From Planctomycetota bacterium (GTDB lineage: Bacteria > Planctomycetota > UBA1135 > GCA-002748355), in assembly GCA_026984035.1 (NCBI GenBank), contig JALSSW010000028.1, forward strand, positions 5,745 to 69,744: 64,000 nt of DNA, read 5' to 3'. The notes under the pieces are model-generated. The model was given only the letters and a program-made list of their open reading frames with translations, was not told the DNA's origin and did no database searches. Shown piece by piece: positions 36,778 to 46,032 of the stretch. Numbering within the stretch: position 1 is the stretch's first letter; each line of letters starts with the position of its first letter. Made by a program: the position numbers and the translations under genes.

Positions 36778-38610
36778 CTATTTCTTGGGGAGAGTGATCA
36801 ATATTTTGGGAGGGGGGGATCCTGGACCCTTCCAAAGCGAAGATCCACTGTAAATGGTTTGCTTAAAAAAGACGTTGGCTTCAAGGGAAAGGGAGGGGCA
36901 GTCCGCCGGGATTTCAAGAGAAAATCCCCCTTGGGAATCGGAATAGGCCTTTTGGATAAGAAGAGAGAGAACTCCTCCTTCGGTCCAGGATCCATGTCTT
37001 CCATAGATTGACATGGGATGGATCATGCCCTGAGAGATGGGTGTCCCCGTTGGAGTGTTCAGAGAACCGCGGATTGTAATCCCCTCCTTAAGGTTGAGAT
37101 GAATCATCCTGGTCAATGGGCCTTTTTCTATTTCGATGCTCAACTTGGCAAACCCTTGATGTTTTCGGTGAGCGAAGAGGGCATAAGTTCCAGGGAATAG
37201 TTTGAGAGTGAGTGGACCTTTGGGCGGGGTGCTAAAAAAGAGGGGGAAGGTTGACCTCCCTCTCCTTCGGAGGAGGATGGCTATGCGAGCTCTTCCGACA
37301 TGGTTTCCATCACCCCTTATACAATCAATGCTGACCCTGCGCTGATCTGTGAGATCGATCTTCCAACCTTTGCGGAGTTGGGACAAGCTTGGGGGAGGGA
37401 GAAGGATGGCCCCATATTTGGGATGCATGAGGAGGGTTGATTGGAGGCTGACTTGGCTCGTTGGGAAGCCGAAAGATCCTTCTGGATCCAGATGAAAGGG
37501 GAGCCATGCAGTGACAGATTTTCCACGTGTGGGGTCTCCCCATAGAGACGAGATGTAGAGGGTTCCGCCGCCGGCACCCTTGATTTGCCCTGTTCCATTC
37601 TTTCCCCATTTCAAGCTGAAAACCTTGGCTGGATTGACCAGTTGGAGCCTTTTTTCTTTGGTTGTATTTGTTTTTTTCTGCTGGCCTTTGAGGAGGGCAC
37701 TGCTGCTTGTGATGAAGGGTTGGAAATGGGGATGGAGGATCATGAAGGAATATGTCCCCACATGGGGCTCCGGCTTGGCCAAGTAAAAATGAAACAAGCC
37801 CTTGTTGTCTGTTTGGACTTCGCGATGGGGGATGGCCCCATTGGTGCTAAGAAGAATGACTCTGGCTCCTGGGATGGGTGTCCCTCTTGGATCAACAGCC
37901 TTTCCCTGAATCGAAATGGGTGTCCCAAGGGGAAACCGCTTTAGTGGATAATCCCGTTCATAGAGACTTTGGGAGGTGGGAGCATTTGAAAAAGAAGGTC
38001 CCAGATACATGAACCCCAGGGTGCCCTCTTTTTTGTGAATCAGGAGGGGGTAGTAGGTGTCCCAAGGTAATGGGGGGATCTTAAGGATGGGGTCTGGCCC
38101 CTTAGGGATGTCTCTCGAGAAGTGTGCTCGGATCCCATCTGGAAGGTAGTAGGGCAAGCTTGACCATTCAATCCGAAGTTGATCTCCATAAATCTTGCGC
38201 CAGGCTTCCAATCCTACCAGCCTAACAAATGGGACTGGAAAACGTCTTAGCCTCAGCTGCGCTTTTCCTCCTGGTTCAATGAGAATGGCTTTAGAAGCGA
38301 AGCGCTTTCTTCCCCGGTCCAAGCAGGCCCATACCATCCAGCCCAGGGTGGATGTTAATTCTGCCCGAGCAATCCCCCGCTTGTCCGTTCGCATTTCCAT
38401 TTGCTTCCCCCAATCCGGAAAAAACTCAAAAGGGCTCCTCTTTCCCACAAACAAGACCCGGGCTCCGGGGACACCCTTTCCTTTGCTGTCCACGACTCTG
38501 ATGGCTGCCCTGTTGTGGGGGGATTGCTTAATTCCTCTTATTTGCAAGGAAGGGTTGATTACGACTAAGGCGCCCAAGCTCAGGAACTCCCCAAAAGCGA
38601 TTCTGCTCAT
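36778..38610 (-). CDS. Hypothetical secreted protein with carboxypeptidase-regulatory-like (Ig-like beta-sandwich) segments
   Basis: Segments such as IRVVDSKGKGVPGARVLFVGK and GKAVDPRGTPIPGARVILLSTNG...TDNKGLFHFYL resemble CarboxypepD_reg repeats. The N-terminus is hydrophobic. Confidence 0.55.
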   Translation of the reverse strand: MSRIAFGEFLSLGALVVINPSLQIRGIKQSPHNRAAIRVVDSKGKGVPGARVLFVGKRSPFEFFPDWGKQMEMRTDKRGIARAELTSTLGWMVWACLDRGRKRFASKAILIEPGGKAQLRLRRFPVPFVRLVGLEAWRKIYGDQLRIEWSSLPYYLPDGIRAHFSRDIPKGPDPILKIPPLPWDTYYPLLIHKKEGTLGFMYLGPSFSNAPTSQSLYERDYPLKRFPLGTPISIQGKAVDPRGTPIPGARVILLSTNGAIPHREVQTDNKGLFHFYLAKPEPHVGTYSFMILHPHFQPFITSSSALLKGQQKKTNTTKEKRLQLVNPAKVFSLKWGKNGTGQIKGAGGGTLYISSLWGDPTRGKSVTAWLPFHLDPEGSFGFPTSQVSLQSTLLMHPKYGAILLPPPSLSQLRKGWKIDLTDQRRVSIDCIRGDGNHVGRARIAILLRRRGRSTFPLFFSTPPKGPLTLKLFPGTYALFAHRKHQGFAKLSIEIEKGPLTRMIHLNLKEGITIRGSLNTPTGTPISQGMIHPMSIYGRHGSWTEGGVLSLLIQKAYSDSQGGFSLEIPADCPSLSLEANVFFKQTIYSGSSLWKGPGSPPPKILITLPKK

Positions 38611-38912
38611 TCTTTTAGTAAACCAGAGACGGGACCTTAGTGTCTAATCTGCATTGTCCGCGACGTTACTTCATTTAAAGAGAGGTGTGTTGCACTGGCC
38701 AGGTGATGGCCTCCGTTGGCAATCTCCTGTTAGAAGGATCCCAAGGGATCTCTTGCACTTTGGTAAGGGGGATCGGAGCAAAGCTAAGCCTTCAGGTGAT
38801 TTGGTAAACCAATTTTAAATCTTTTGTTGAGGGGATGTTACGGCTACATCCGTCTGAGTTCCCTTTGCTGTTGTAGGGGGGTGTCAAGGGATCTTGGGGT
38901 GGGGAAGGAGGT

Positions 38913-38989
38913 TGGTGGGCCGTACTGGACTTGAACCAGTGACTTCTACCGTGTGAAGGTAGCGCTCTAGCCGACTGAGCTAACGGCCC
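38913..38989 (-). tRNA. tRNA-Val (anticodon CAC), CCA encoded
   Basis: The minus strand reads GGGCCGTTAGCTCAGTCGGCTAGAGCGCTACCTTCACACGGTAGAAGTCACTGGTTCAAGTCCAGTACGGCCCACCA. Acceptor stem GGGCCGT/ACGGCCC, anticodon stem CTACC/GGTAG with loop TTCACAC, T-arm ACTGG-TTCAAGT-CCAGT. Confidence 0.9.
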
Positions 38990-39107
38990 TTGTGGCAAAG
39001 GCCCGAATCCTGACACCTTGCCAGTTCCTCGGGCCTAGGTTTGTAAAGCCTGGGCAAAGAATTGCAACGCCGAGCTTGCACGAATCCTTTGGAGAGATGT
39101 CTGAGAG

Positions 39108-40037
39108 CTAGCTCCCGGCTTTGTGGATATCCATAACTTTATGAAGGAGGTCGATCGCCTCGGCTTTTGGCCGTTGGAAGGCGTTTCTTCCCATGATTGA
39201 TCCAAAAGCACCACCTTTGGCTAAACCATGGATCTCTTCAAGGACCTGATCGGTTCCTTTGGCGGCTCCTCCCGAAAAAATAACGATGCGACGCCCATCG
39301 AATGCAGCTTGGATCACGTGGCGGACCCTGTCAGCAAGGGTGTCGATCTTGATGCCCTCAGTCTCGTAAACCTTTCGGGCCGCATCTTGTTCGATGTGGG
39401 CCGTTGGTGGTTTGACCTTGATAACGTGGGCTCCGAGTTGCGCAGCGATTTGGGCGGCATAAGCGATGACATCAATGGCGGTTTCCCCCTCCTTGGAGAG
39501 GCTTTTTCCCCGAGGGTAAGACCATACAACCGTTGGAAGCCCGGCTTCTTTCGCTTCTTCGATCAGAATCCGAAGGTTTTCATACATCTCATTGCGGTGG
39601 GCAGATCCAGGATAAATGGTATACCCAATCGCTGAGCAACCGAGTCGAAGGGCATCGGCCACCGAGCCCGTAACGGCAGGGCAGGGGTCTCCTCCGGACA
39701 GGAGGGAATCCGAGTTGTTGAGCTTGAGGATCGTCGGGATTTTTCCCGCAAATTCCCGCGCACCTGCTTCAATGAAGCCCAGGGGGGCAGCATAAGCATT
39801 GCAGCCTGCATCAATTGCGAGCTGATAGTGGTAATAGGGATCATAACCCTGACTATTTTTGGCGAAGCTCCGGGCTGGACCATGCTCAAAACCTTGGTCC
39901 ACAGGGAGGATGACCATCTTGCCGGTTCCCGCAAGACGGCCATGCATCAGCATGCGTCTAAGGTTGGCCAAGACCCCAGGAGAATCGGATTGGTAATTGG
40001 AGAGGATTTGATCAACGCGTTCAGTCATCGTTCTCAA
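39108..40037 (-). CDS. Class I fructose-bisphosphate aldolase (DhnA/FbaB family)
   Basis: [22 protein letters not shown] parallels the E. coli FbaB block [27 protein letters not shown] is the candidate Schiff-base Lys region. Confidence 0.85.
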   Translation of the reverse strand: [309 protein letters not shown]

Positions 40038-40104
40038 TTATTGGGGGAGGAAAAAAAATTCAATGGAATCAAAGTATCGGCAAATTCACTCTGAGGAATG
40101 ACAC

Positions 40105-40124
40105 TTAAAAAGCTTGCTAGCAAG
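40105..40124 (-). terminator. Weak candidate terminator after the zinc-ribbon/DUF1570-like gene
   Basis: 12-nt perfect palindrome CTTGCTAGCAAG (40113-40124) followed on the minus strand by CTTTTT. It lies 19 nt after the stop at 40143. The stem is short. Confidence 0.3.
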
Positions 40125-40142
40125 TGACTTGGGGAAAGTTCA

Positions 40143-41957
40143 TTATCGATTGGCCAATCTCCGCATGGTCCGGAAGCAAAACAGGAAGTATTCCTTGTTT
40201 AGCCGAGCCCAATCTTCATCGGATTTCATACCTAAATACTTGGCGCAATGATCAAAGCTGTATTGATAGCGCAATTCGTCATGGACGATTTTTTCGAAAG
40301 CTTTTTTGTATTTTCCATCCTTGAAGTTGTAGCAGAAATAGATGAAAGCCCATCCTTGGGCATAGATGAGGCTAACAGTTAAGCCAGCTTCCATTTTTTG
40401 CTGTGGTGTTCCTTTGACCCGACCATCCAGGATTGCCTTCATGGCGACGAATTTCTGTTGGTCGATATTGAGCATTTGTTTTGGAGTTAAAAAGGCCCCT
40501 GTCTTTTTCCCAGCTTTCAAGGCTTGGTAGTACGATTTTGCTGCATTCTGGATCGTTGGAAACCTACCCTCGAGAAAATGTCCAAAAGTGAAACCTTTAT
40601 ATTTATTACCCCGATAGGTGCCCCAGTACTCAGCAATACCTTCTTCCAGCCAGGGTGTAGGACCCATTTGTTCGCCTTGGCAAGCGTTGTGCATTAACTG
40701 GTGGGTGGCTTCATGGAAGACTTCATGGAAGAACTGGGATTCTTTCGCACCTTGCCAAACATAAAGGACTCCCCTAAAGGCTTCGGGGATTTCAGATCGC
40801 GATGTATAAAAAGCTGCTGCCAGTCCTGTCCCAGGGAAAAATCCATGCCCATTTTTCCGATAATTTTCATAACTCTTTTCGTTAGCAAACACCATGACTG
40901 GGACTACAAACTCCGTGTCATCCCAATTGGGGAAAGTCCCCTTGGGATAACCTTGGGCAAAGGCTTTGCGGAGGGCAGCGAGGCCTGGGCCTAAAATCTC
41001 CGCGGTTTGAGTGGGGTCCGGAGAAGTCCTGTCTTCGACCATCAGGAAATAGGGCTTAGGGACTTGTGGCGTGTCGAAGAAAAACCGGAGCTTGAGTCCG
41101 GGGACTTTGGCGACATCTTTTTTAAAGTAGTCGCGGGTTTTCGCCGCCTTTTTGGCGAATGCGTCCTTGGTCCATTTTAATCGTTCTGCCGCTTCCGCCT
41201 TGCGCTTTGCTTCTTCCTCGCGGAGCTTTCTCCACTCTTTTTGGACTGAAGCATATTTTTCCTTAGAGAGCCATTTACCTTTGTATTTTTTGTAATCACC
41301 GAGGTATTGAATTTCTCCTAAGGCTTTGTGGGCATTCTTGTCATCCGGAGCCAATGCGAGAATTTTTCGGTTCAGGTCTTCAAGGCTGGGTGGGCTTTTT
41401 AAGGCAACTTGGGAGACAAGTGCGATTGCTTGGCGCAGAGCCTCGATGCGGTCGGAAGTGTTACCCTCGGTACTTCTTGCGAGAAGGTCTTTGAGGAGAT
41501 CCTCATTCGTTTGTGGGGCTTTTTGGGGTGAGGTCCCTTGATTCCCACCTTGGGCGGTCTTTTGATCCCCCTTGTTAGGGAGAGCATGTTTATCCCCTCC
41601 CTTCAAGAGGAAAAAAAGAGCGATTCCTAGCACCACTAAAGCCCCAATGGCGATTGGAATAATGGATTTTTTTTGGTCCTCTGGCTTTGTTCGGTGTTTT
41701 TGGGTTTTTGAGGTTGAACGGTTTCTCTTGCTGCCCCGTGAAGCCCTTGAAGAGGCCGATGATGAGCGGATGGAACTGGACCTGGATGCCCCTCTTGGGG
41801 ATCGGTCTTCTTCTAGGTGTTCATCTGTGGGGATGGTTGCCGGGGGAATGGCAAAGACTTCACCACAGCCCGGGCATTTGACCTTCTTCCCTTCCGGGAG
41901 ATTCCCCCTCTTGAACTTTTTTTCACAAGAAGGACAGGAGAATGTTGCTTCGCTCAT
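40143..41957 (-). CDS. Zinc-ribbon - TM - DUF1570-like (MA-clan HExxH...E) protein
   Basis: N-terminal CPSCEKKF...CPGCGEVF zinc ribbon, a disordered basic linker, and TM helix IIPIAIGALVVLGIALFFLL. The C-terminal domain has FHEVFHEATHQLMH and WLEEGIAEYW. Confidence 0.6.
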   Translation of the reverse strand: MSEATFSCPSCEKKFKRGNLPEGKKVKCPGCGEVFAIPPATIPTDEHLEEDRSPRGASRSSSIRSSSASSRASRGSKRNRSTSKTQKHRTKPEDQKKSIIPIAIGALVVLGIALFFLLKGGDKHALPNKGDQKTAQGGNQGTSPQKAPQTNEDLLKDLLARSTEGNTSDRIEALRQAIALVSQVALKSPPSLEDLNRKILALAPDDKNAHKALGEIQYLGDYKKYKGKWLSKEKYASVQKEWRKLREEEAKRKAEAAERLKWTKDAFAKKAAKTRDYFKKDVAKVPGLKLRFFFDTPQVPKPYFLMVEDRTSPDPTQTAEILGPGLAALRKAFAQGYPKGTFPNWDDTEFVVPVMVFANEKSYENYRKNGHGFFPGTGLAAAFYTSRSEIPEAFRGVLYVWQGAKESQFFHEVFHEATHQLMHNACQGEQMGPTPWLEEGIAEYWGTYRGNKYKGFTFGHFLEGRFPTIQNAAKSYYQALKAGKKTGAFLTPKQMLNIDQQKFVAMKAILDGRVKGTPQQKMEAGLTVSLIYAQGWAFIYFCYNFKDGKYKKAFEKIVHDELRYQYSFDHCAKYLGMKSDEDWARLNKEYFLFCFRTMRRLANR

Positions 41958-42132
41958 GGTGGCCTCACGTTGATTTTAAGGGATAAGCATAAGCCCGTTC
42001 CCTAGGATAGGCCATGTATCTCCTAGACAGAGAGGGCGAAACTTGAAGTTTCTTTTTCTACCGGATTCCCAACCTTTCCCAGTTGGGACTCTTTCCCTAA
42101 GACCGATTTGGCTTCATGGAGAAGAGGGCCTC

Positions 42133-43860
42133 TTAGCGGGGAGCTTTTGCATTCCTTCCACTCTTCTGTCGCTTTTTCTCTCGAATCATTCTCAAATTCT
42201 TCAAGATCGCAGAGCGATGCAGCAGAAGATCCCGCTTTCTTCCCTTAAGTGCTCTCAGAAAAGCTTTTTCTGCCTCCGCCCCTCGCCCGAGGTTCAAAAG
42301 GGACACCCCTAGTAAGTTCCATGCGGAGGGGTTCCGAGGGTCAAGGGCCACCCCATCCCTGAAAAATATGAAGGCCTTTTCGAAGTCATTGCGGAGGAGC
42401 CATTCTTGGCCGGCACAGAGTTGCATCTTGATGGATTCGGGATGCGCTGCTGCCTCATGGAGAAACAGGGATTGATTGTCCTTCCAGATTTTTTGCCGTT
42501 TTATTGCGGTGATTCCAGATGCTCCAAGCCAGAGGCCCAGCATGAGGACGAAGGTTGTTCTGGTATTGGAACGAATCCTGGATCCAATGAAACCGAGGAA
42601 AATCGCCCATCCAAGGCTTGGGGCAAACATGAGGCGTTCGCCATAGATGGTTCCGATGGGGAAGGCAAGATTGGAGGTCAGGAATGAGAAGCCAAAGAAA
42701 GTTCCTACTGAAAGAAAGACAACAGGCCTGCGGCGCCATTGGCTGATCCCCAGACAAATCAGCAAAAACAGAAGGAACCCTACAAGGAGGGCGGCAATTC
42801 CTGTGGGGCTGCTTAGTTCTGGGACCAGGGGAGAAATGTGGGGACCGTAATCTGCTGAGAGCCAGAAGGGGGCGATGGTTTGCAAGAGGCCCCAGCCTTG
42901 GAAGAGGAGGGCCGTTAGGATTCGCGAGCTGGTGGAAACAAAGTAAAGGGGGTTGGCTGTCCAATTGATGGTTAAATCTGGGCCGCTGGGAAGTTGAGAA
43001 ATCATTCTTCCCCGGAGGTAAAAGAAGATGATGGCTGGGAGGATGGCGGCGAGGCTGTCAAAAAAGAAGCGGGGATCATGGAGGGGAGAAACTAAGGTTC
43101 TCCAACCCGAAGATTGAGGGATGCGGTGACCAAGGCTTTGTTCTGTCTTTGCTTTCTGGTGGAAGCAGAAGCCCAAGAGGGGGAGGAAGGGGAGCCAATT
43201 GAGGGCATTCTCTTTTGAGCAGAAGGCAAGGAAAAAGAGGGCTGAACTGCAAAGGCGCAAGAGTCCCGCTTTGATGCCGGAAGTCTTGCGTGCATGAATG
43301 ATTATGAGGCAAGCGGAGAGGCCGAAGGTAAAGCCCAGAAGCTCGGCTCGCCCAACAACATTTGCAATGACTTCACTGTGGAGTGCATGGGTTGAAAAGA
43401 CAATGGCTCCCACAGCAGAGGCTGCATTTCCAAGGTTTAAGAGCTTTAAGAGAAGGAAAACAAGGATGGCTCCGAAGGAGGCAAGGAGGATATTTAATAA
43501 GTGAGCTGGGAGAGGATTATCGCCAAAAAATCGATGTCGGAAGGCGTATGAGAGAACTGTGATTGGACGGAAGAGCGTGCTCTTTGTGCTAAAAGAATCC
43601 CAGTAGTTGGTGGAGAAGTAATGCCCCAGTGACTTCTCCTCCTGGACCGAATGGTTGATACCGTTCTCATGTTTTCCCATGGCGGCAGGACGGTCGTCAT
43701 AGGTAAAACCATTGCGAGAAGATGGTGCCCAAAAAACAAAGGTAATCAAAAAAACAAAGGCACAAACCCAGGCATTTTTGTTCCACATACCACCGAAGCC
43801 CTGATGCGTCCGCGAATCATCCATCGCCCATTCATCGGTCCCAAGGCCTCCAAAACCCAA
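42133..43860 (-). CDS. TMTC-like GT-C fold membrane glycosyltransferase with C-terminal TPR repeats
   Basis: The first-loop motif NGFTYDDRPA, more than 10 TM helices, and a C-terminal TPR region (AWNLLGVSLLNLGRGAEAEKAFLRALK). The start is uncertain: ATGs at 43860, 43824 and 43788. Confidence 0.7.
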   Translation of the reverse strand: MGFGGLGTDEWAMDDSRTHQGFGGMWNKNAWVCAFVFLITFVFWAPSSRNGFTYDDRPAAMGKHENGINHSVQEEKSLGHYFSTNYWDSFSTKSTLFRPITVLSYAFRHRFFGDNPLPAHLLNILLASFGAILVFLLLKLLNLGNAASAVGAIVFSTHALHSEVIANVVGRAELLGFTFGLSACLIIIHARKTSGIKAGLLRLCSSALFFLAFCSKENALNWLPFLPLLGFCFHQKAKTEQSLGHRIPQSSGWRTLVSPLHDPRFFFDSLAAILPAIIFFYLRGRMISQLPSGPDLTINWTANPLYFVSTSSRILTALLFQGWGLLQTIAPFWLSADYGPHISPLVPELSSPTGIAALLVGFLLFLLICLGISQWRRRPVVFLSVGTFFGFSFLTSNLAFPIGTIYGERLMFAPSLGWAIFLGFIGSRIRSNTRTTFVLMLGLWLGASGITAIKRQKIWKDNQSLFLHEAAAHPESIKMQLCAGQEWLLRNDFEKAFIFFRDGVALDPRNPSAWNLLGVSLLNLGRGAEAEKAFLRALKGRKRDLLLHRSAILKNLRMIREKKRQKSGRNAKAPR

Positions 43861-43890
43861 ATTCCCCCAAAGGGGACACCCTTTCTTTGG

Positions 43891-44730
43891 TTAACGTCGT
43901 CTTCGGATCGAAGGGTAGAGGCGGTCTCGAGAGTCCAAAAGCCTTCGGCGAAGAAGGAGAACCGCTAGGGCGCTTCCCAATGCGGTACTCCCTGCAAGCA
44001 AGAACATCACGAGAATCTGGTAGCGGACTGCGGTCCCAGGACTGTTCCCTCCAAGGATTTGGCCAGTCATCATTCCGGGAAGACTGACTAAACCGACCAC
44101 GAGCATTGCGTTAATCATGGGGGTCATTCCTGTTCGTATGGCATCACGTAGAGGGGCTTCGGTAGCCCTATATCGATCAAATCCAAAGGAAAGGAGAAGT
44201 TCAATCTGGGATCGATTTTCAACCATTGCATTGGTGAAGCGGTCCATGGCTAAGCTGATGGCAGTTAAGCTGTTACCAAGGACCATTCCCATGAGCGGGA
44301 TCAAATATCTTGGGTCTGCCCAGTTGGGGGGGTGAACGACTACAAAGACTGCGTAGCCAGTCATGAGAAAGGCGGGAAAGGTAATGGAGAGGATAGAAGT
44401 AGTGAGGATTCCGGGAAAAGTTCTCTTTGTTCTTCGGCTAATCGTCCAACCAGCAAGAAGGGCCATCATGACGAGTACAAGGAAGACCAAAAGGGGCCGA
44501 TTGATGGTGAATACCTTGTCGAGTATGAAACCGATGGCGAAAAGTTGGATGACCGTTCTTGTTCCGGCGATTAGAAGCTGTTTTCCAATCCCCATCCTAA
44601 AGCGGATGGAAAGGGCAACATTCACAAGGAGGCAGGCTGCAATGAGGAGCAGATCCACCCAAGAGAGGGGGATCGGGCTTGGGCGAGCAGATGTTTGGAT
44701 CCCAATGTTTTCGAGGGATTCCAAAATCAT
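43891..44730 (-). CDS. UPF0014-family ABC transporter permease (FetB/YbbM-like)
   Basis: LLIAGTRTVIQLFAIGFILDKVF and a polytopic profile. ATG 44730 overlaps the upstream stop (ATGA at 44727-44730). Confidence 0.75.
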   Translation of the reverse strand: MILESLENIGIQTSARPSPIPLSWVDLLLIAACLLVNVALSIRFRMGIGKQLLIAGTRTVIQLFAIGFILDKVFTINRPLLVFLVLVMMALLAGWTISRRTKRTFPGILTTSILSITFPAFLMTGYAVFVVVHPPNWADPRYLIPLMGMVLGNSLTAISLAMDRFTNAMVENRSQIELLLSFGFDRYRATEAPLRDAIRTGMTPMINAMLVVGLVSLPGMMTGQILGGNSPGTAVRYQILVMFLLAGSTALGSALAVLLLRRRLLDSRDRLYPSIRRRR

Positions 44731-45404
44731 GTTTTGAAGATGTGAATGGTTTGGTCGGGACGGAGTGGTCCAATAGTTTTTTGGTGGGAGGTCCAAAGTG
44801 TTGTTAGGCCAAGGGTTATCCTGTTTTGGATCGCGCTGGCTGCATCTTTTATCCTTGTCTCATCCAGGCCAGCAAAGGGTTCGTCTAATAGGAGGATTTT
44901 GGGATTTTTGCAGAGTGCGGCAACTAGGATAAGCCTTTTCCATTCTCCCCCTGAGAGTTGAGAAGTGGGTTGTTTAAGTGTGTCCATGAGATCCAATCGC
45001 TCTAAAAGTTTCTTTTTTTGGGCTTCCTCAATTCTTCCTTCTCTATCACTTAGCAGGGTATTGAGAACTTCCATCGTTGTACCTTGAAATCGGGGGGGTT
45101 CTTGGGGGATGAAAAGAATTTGTCTTCGTAAATGTGGGAGGGGATAGGTCTGAACATTTTGCCCCTCGAAGTGGATATCCCCCATGGGTTCAGGATCTAA
45201 ATCTGTGATCCTCCGGAAAAGGCGTGTTTTGCCTGAACCTGAAGGGCCTTCCACGAAGGTTGCGGTACTTTTTTTGATCACAAATTTCCCTGTGCCCAAA
45301 ACACTCCTTACTCCGGGGTAATTTTTTACTTCCAGTAATATGGGTGAACTCAATCTTCCCCCAAGTGCATGCAACATTTTTTGAATTTCTTTCCACTTCC
45401 ACAA
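44727..45404 (-). CDS. ABC transporter ATP-binding protein (FetA/YbbL-like)
   Basis: Walker [11 protein letters not shown], signature LSGGEWKRL, Walker B ILLLDEP; 225 aa. An alternative start at 45377 is possible. Confidence 0.8.
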   Translation of the reverse strand: MWKWKEIQKMLHALGGRLSSPILLEVKNYPGVRSVLGTGKFVIKKSTATFVEGPSGSGKTRLFRRITDLDPEPMGDIHFEGQNVQTYPLPHLRRQILFIPQEPPRFQGTTMEVLNTLLSDREGRIEEAQKKKLLERLDLMDTLKQPTSQLSGGEWKRLILVAALCKNPKILLLDEPFAGLDETRIKDAASAIQNRITLGLTTLWTSHQKTIGPLRPDQTIHIFKT

Positions 45405-45853
45405 GGGCAGGGATCATTGCGTCCCACCTTTTTCCCTCGATGGCGAACGGGCTCTTTTTGGTTCCCAAGGGGTTGCCCATCTCCCGTACCTTTTCCTTCT
45501 CGGATGCGTTTTTCAAACTCTCCTCCTCCCAAGGCAAGCTGGTTTCTTAGTTCGAAAAGGGAGGGAACTACATGCTGCTCTTCTAGGAAATCGAGATAAT
45601 TCGAAAAAATTTCGATGCTGTACTTTCCCAAGGGATCTCTTTCGGAAAAATGCATGGGGAGAAGTTCTGAGAGTAGGGTCCTCATATCTTCTCCATCCAG
45701 GTCTTGAGGCCTTTTTCCGAGTTGATGAAAAATGGCTCTAAAAAACCTGAGCATAATGGTTCGAATCTCTTCCCGAGAAGCGCAGGAAAGCCTTTGTCCC
45801 TGCCGGGATTCCAGAAACGAAATCGTCTCGAGCAATACCCTCTTCTGATCCAT
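45350..45853 (-). CDS. SEC-C metal-binding motif protein with an unknown N-terminal domain
   Basis: The C-terminal [18 protein letters not shown] is the SEC-C motif. The N-terminal ~130 aa are helical and unassigned. Confidence 0.65.
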   Translation of the reverse strand: MDQKRVLLETISFLESRQGQRLSCASREEIRTIMLRFFRAIFHQLGKRPQDLDGEDMRTLLSELLPMHFSERDPLGKYSIEIFSNYLDFLEEQHVVPSLFELRNQLALGGGEFEKRIREGKGTGDGQPLGNQKEPVRHRGKKVGRNDPCPCGSGKKFKKCCMHLGED

Positions 45854-46032
45854 TCTTGGACTCTATTCGAGAGAAGGGGGACATCCATGTTTTCCTGTCA
45901 GAATTTTTTGAAATTCTACAGCCAATTTTTGGCGCGGAGCGTCTGTGTTCTTGCCGGAGGCCTTTTTAGGGGATCCTGAAACAGCTTTGGGAGAATGCGT
46001 CCGGTTTTATGCCTTTACTAAGAGGGGGGAGC

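Noticed and set aside
40113-40124. The TGCTAGCA core is shared by the palindrome at 40113-40124 and by the loop of the 49275-49319 stem-loop; considered as a possible common operator or REP motif
   Set aside because: An 8-nt palindrome is expected about once in 64 kb by chance, and the flanks of the two sites are unrelated. This is insufficient evidence for a shared element.
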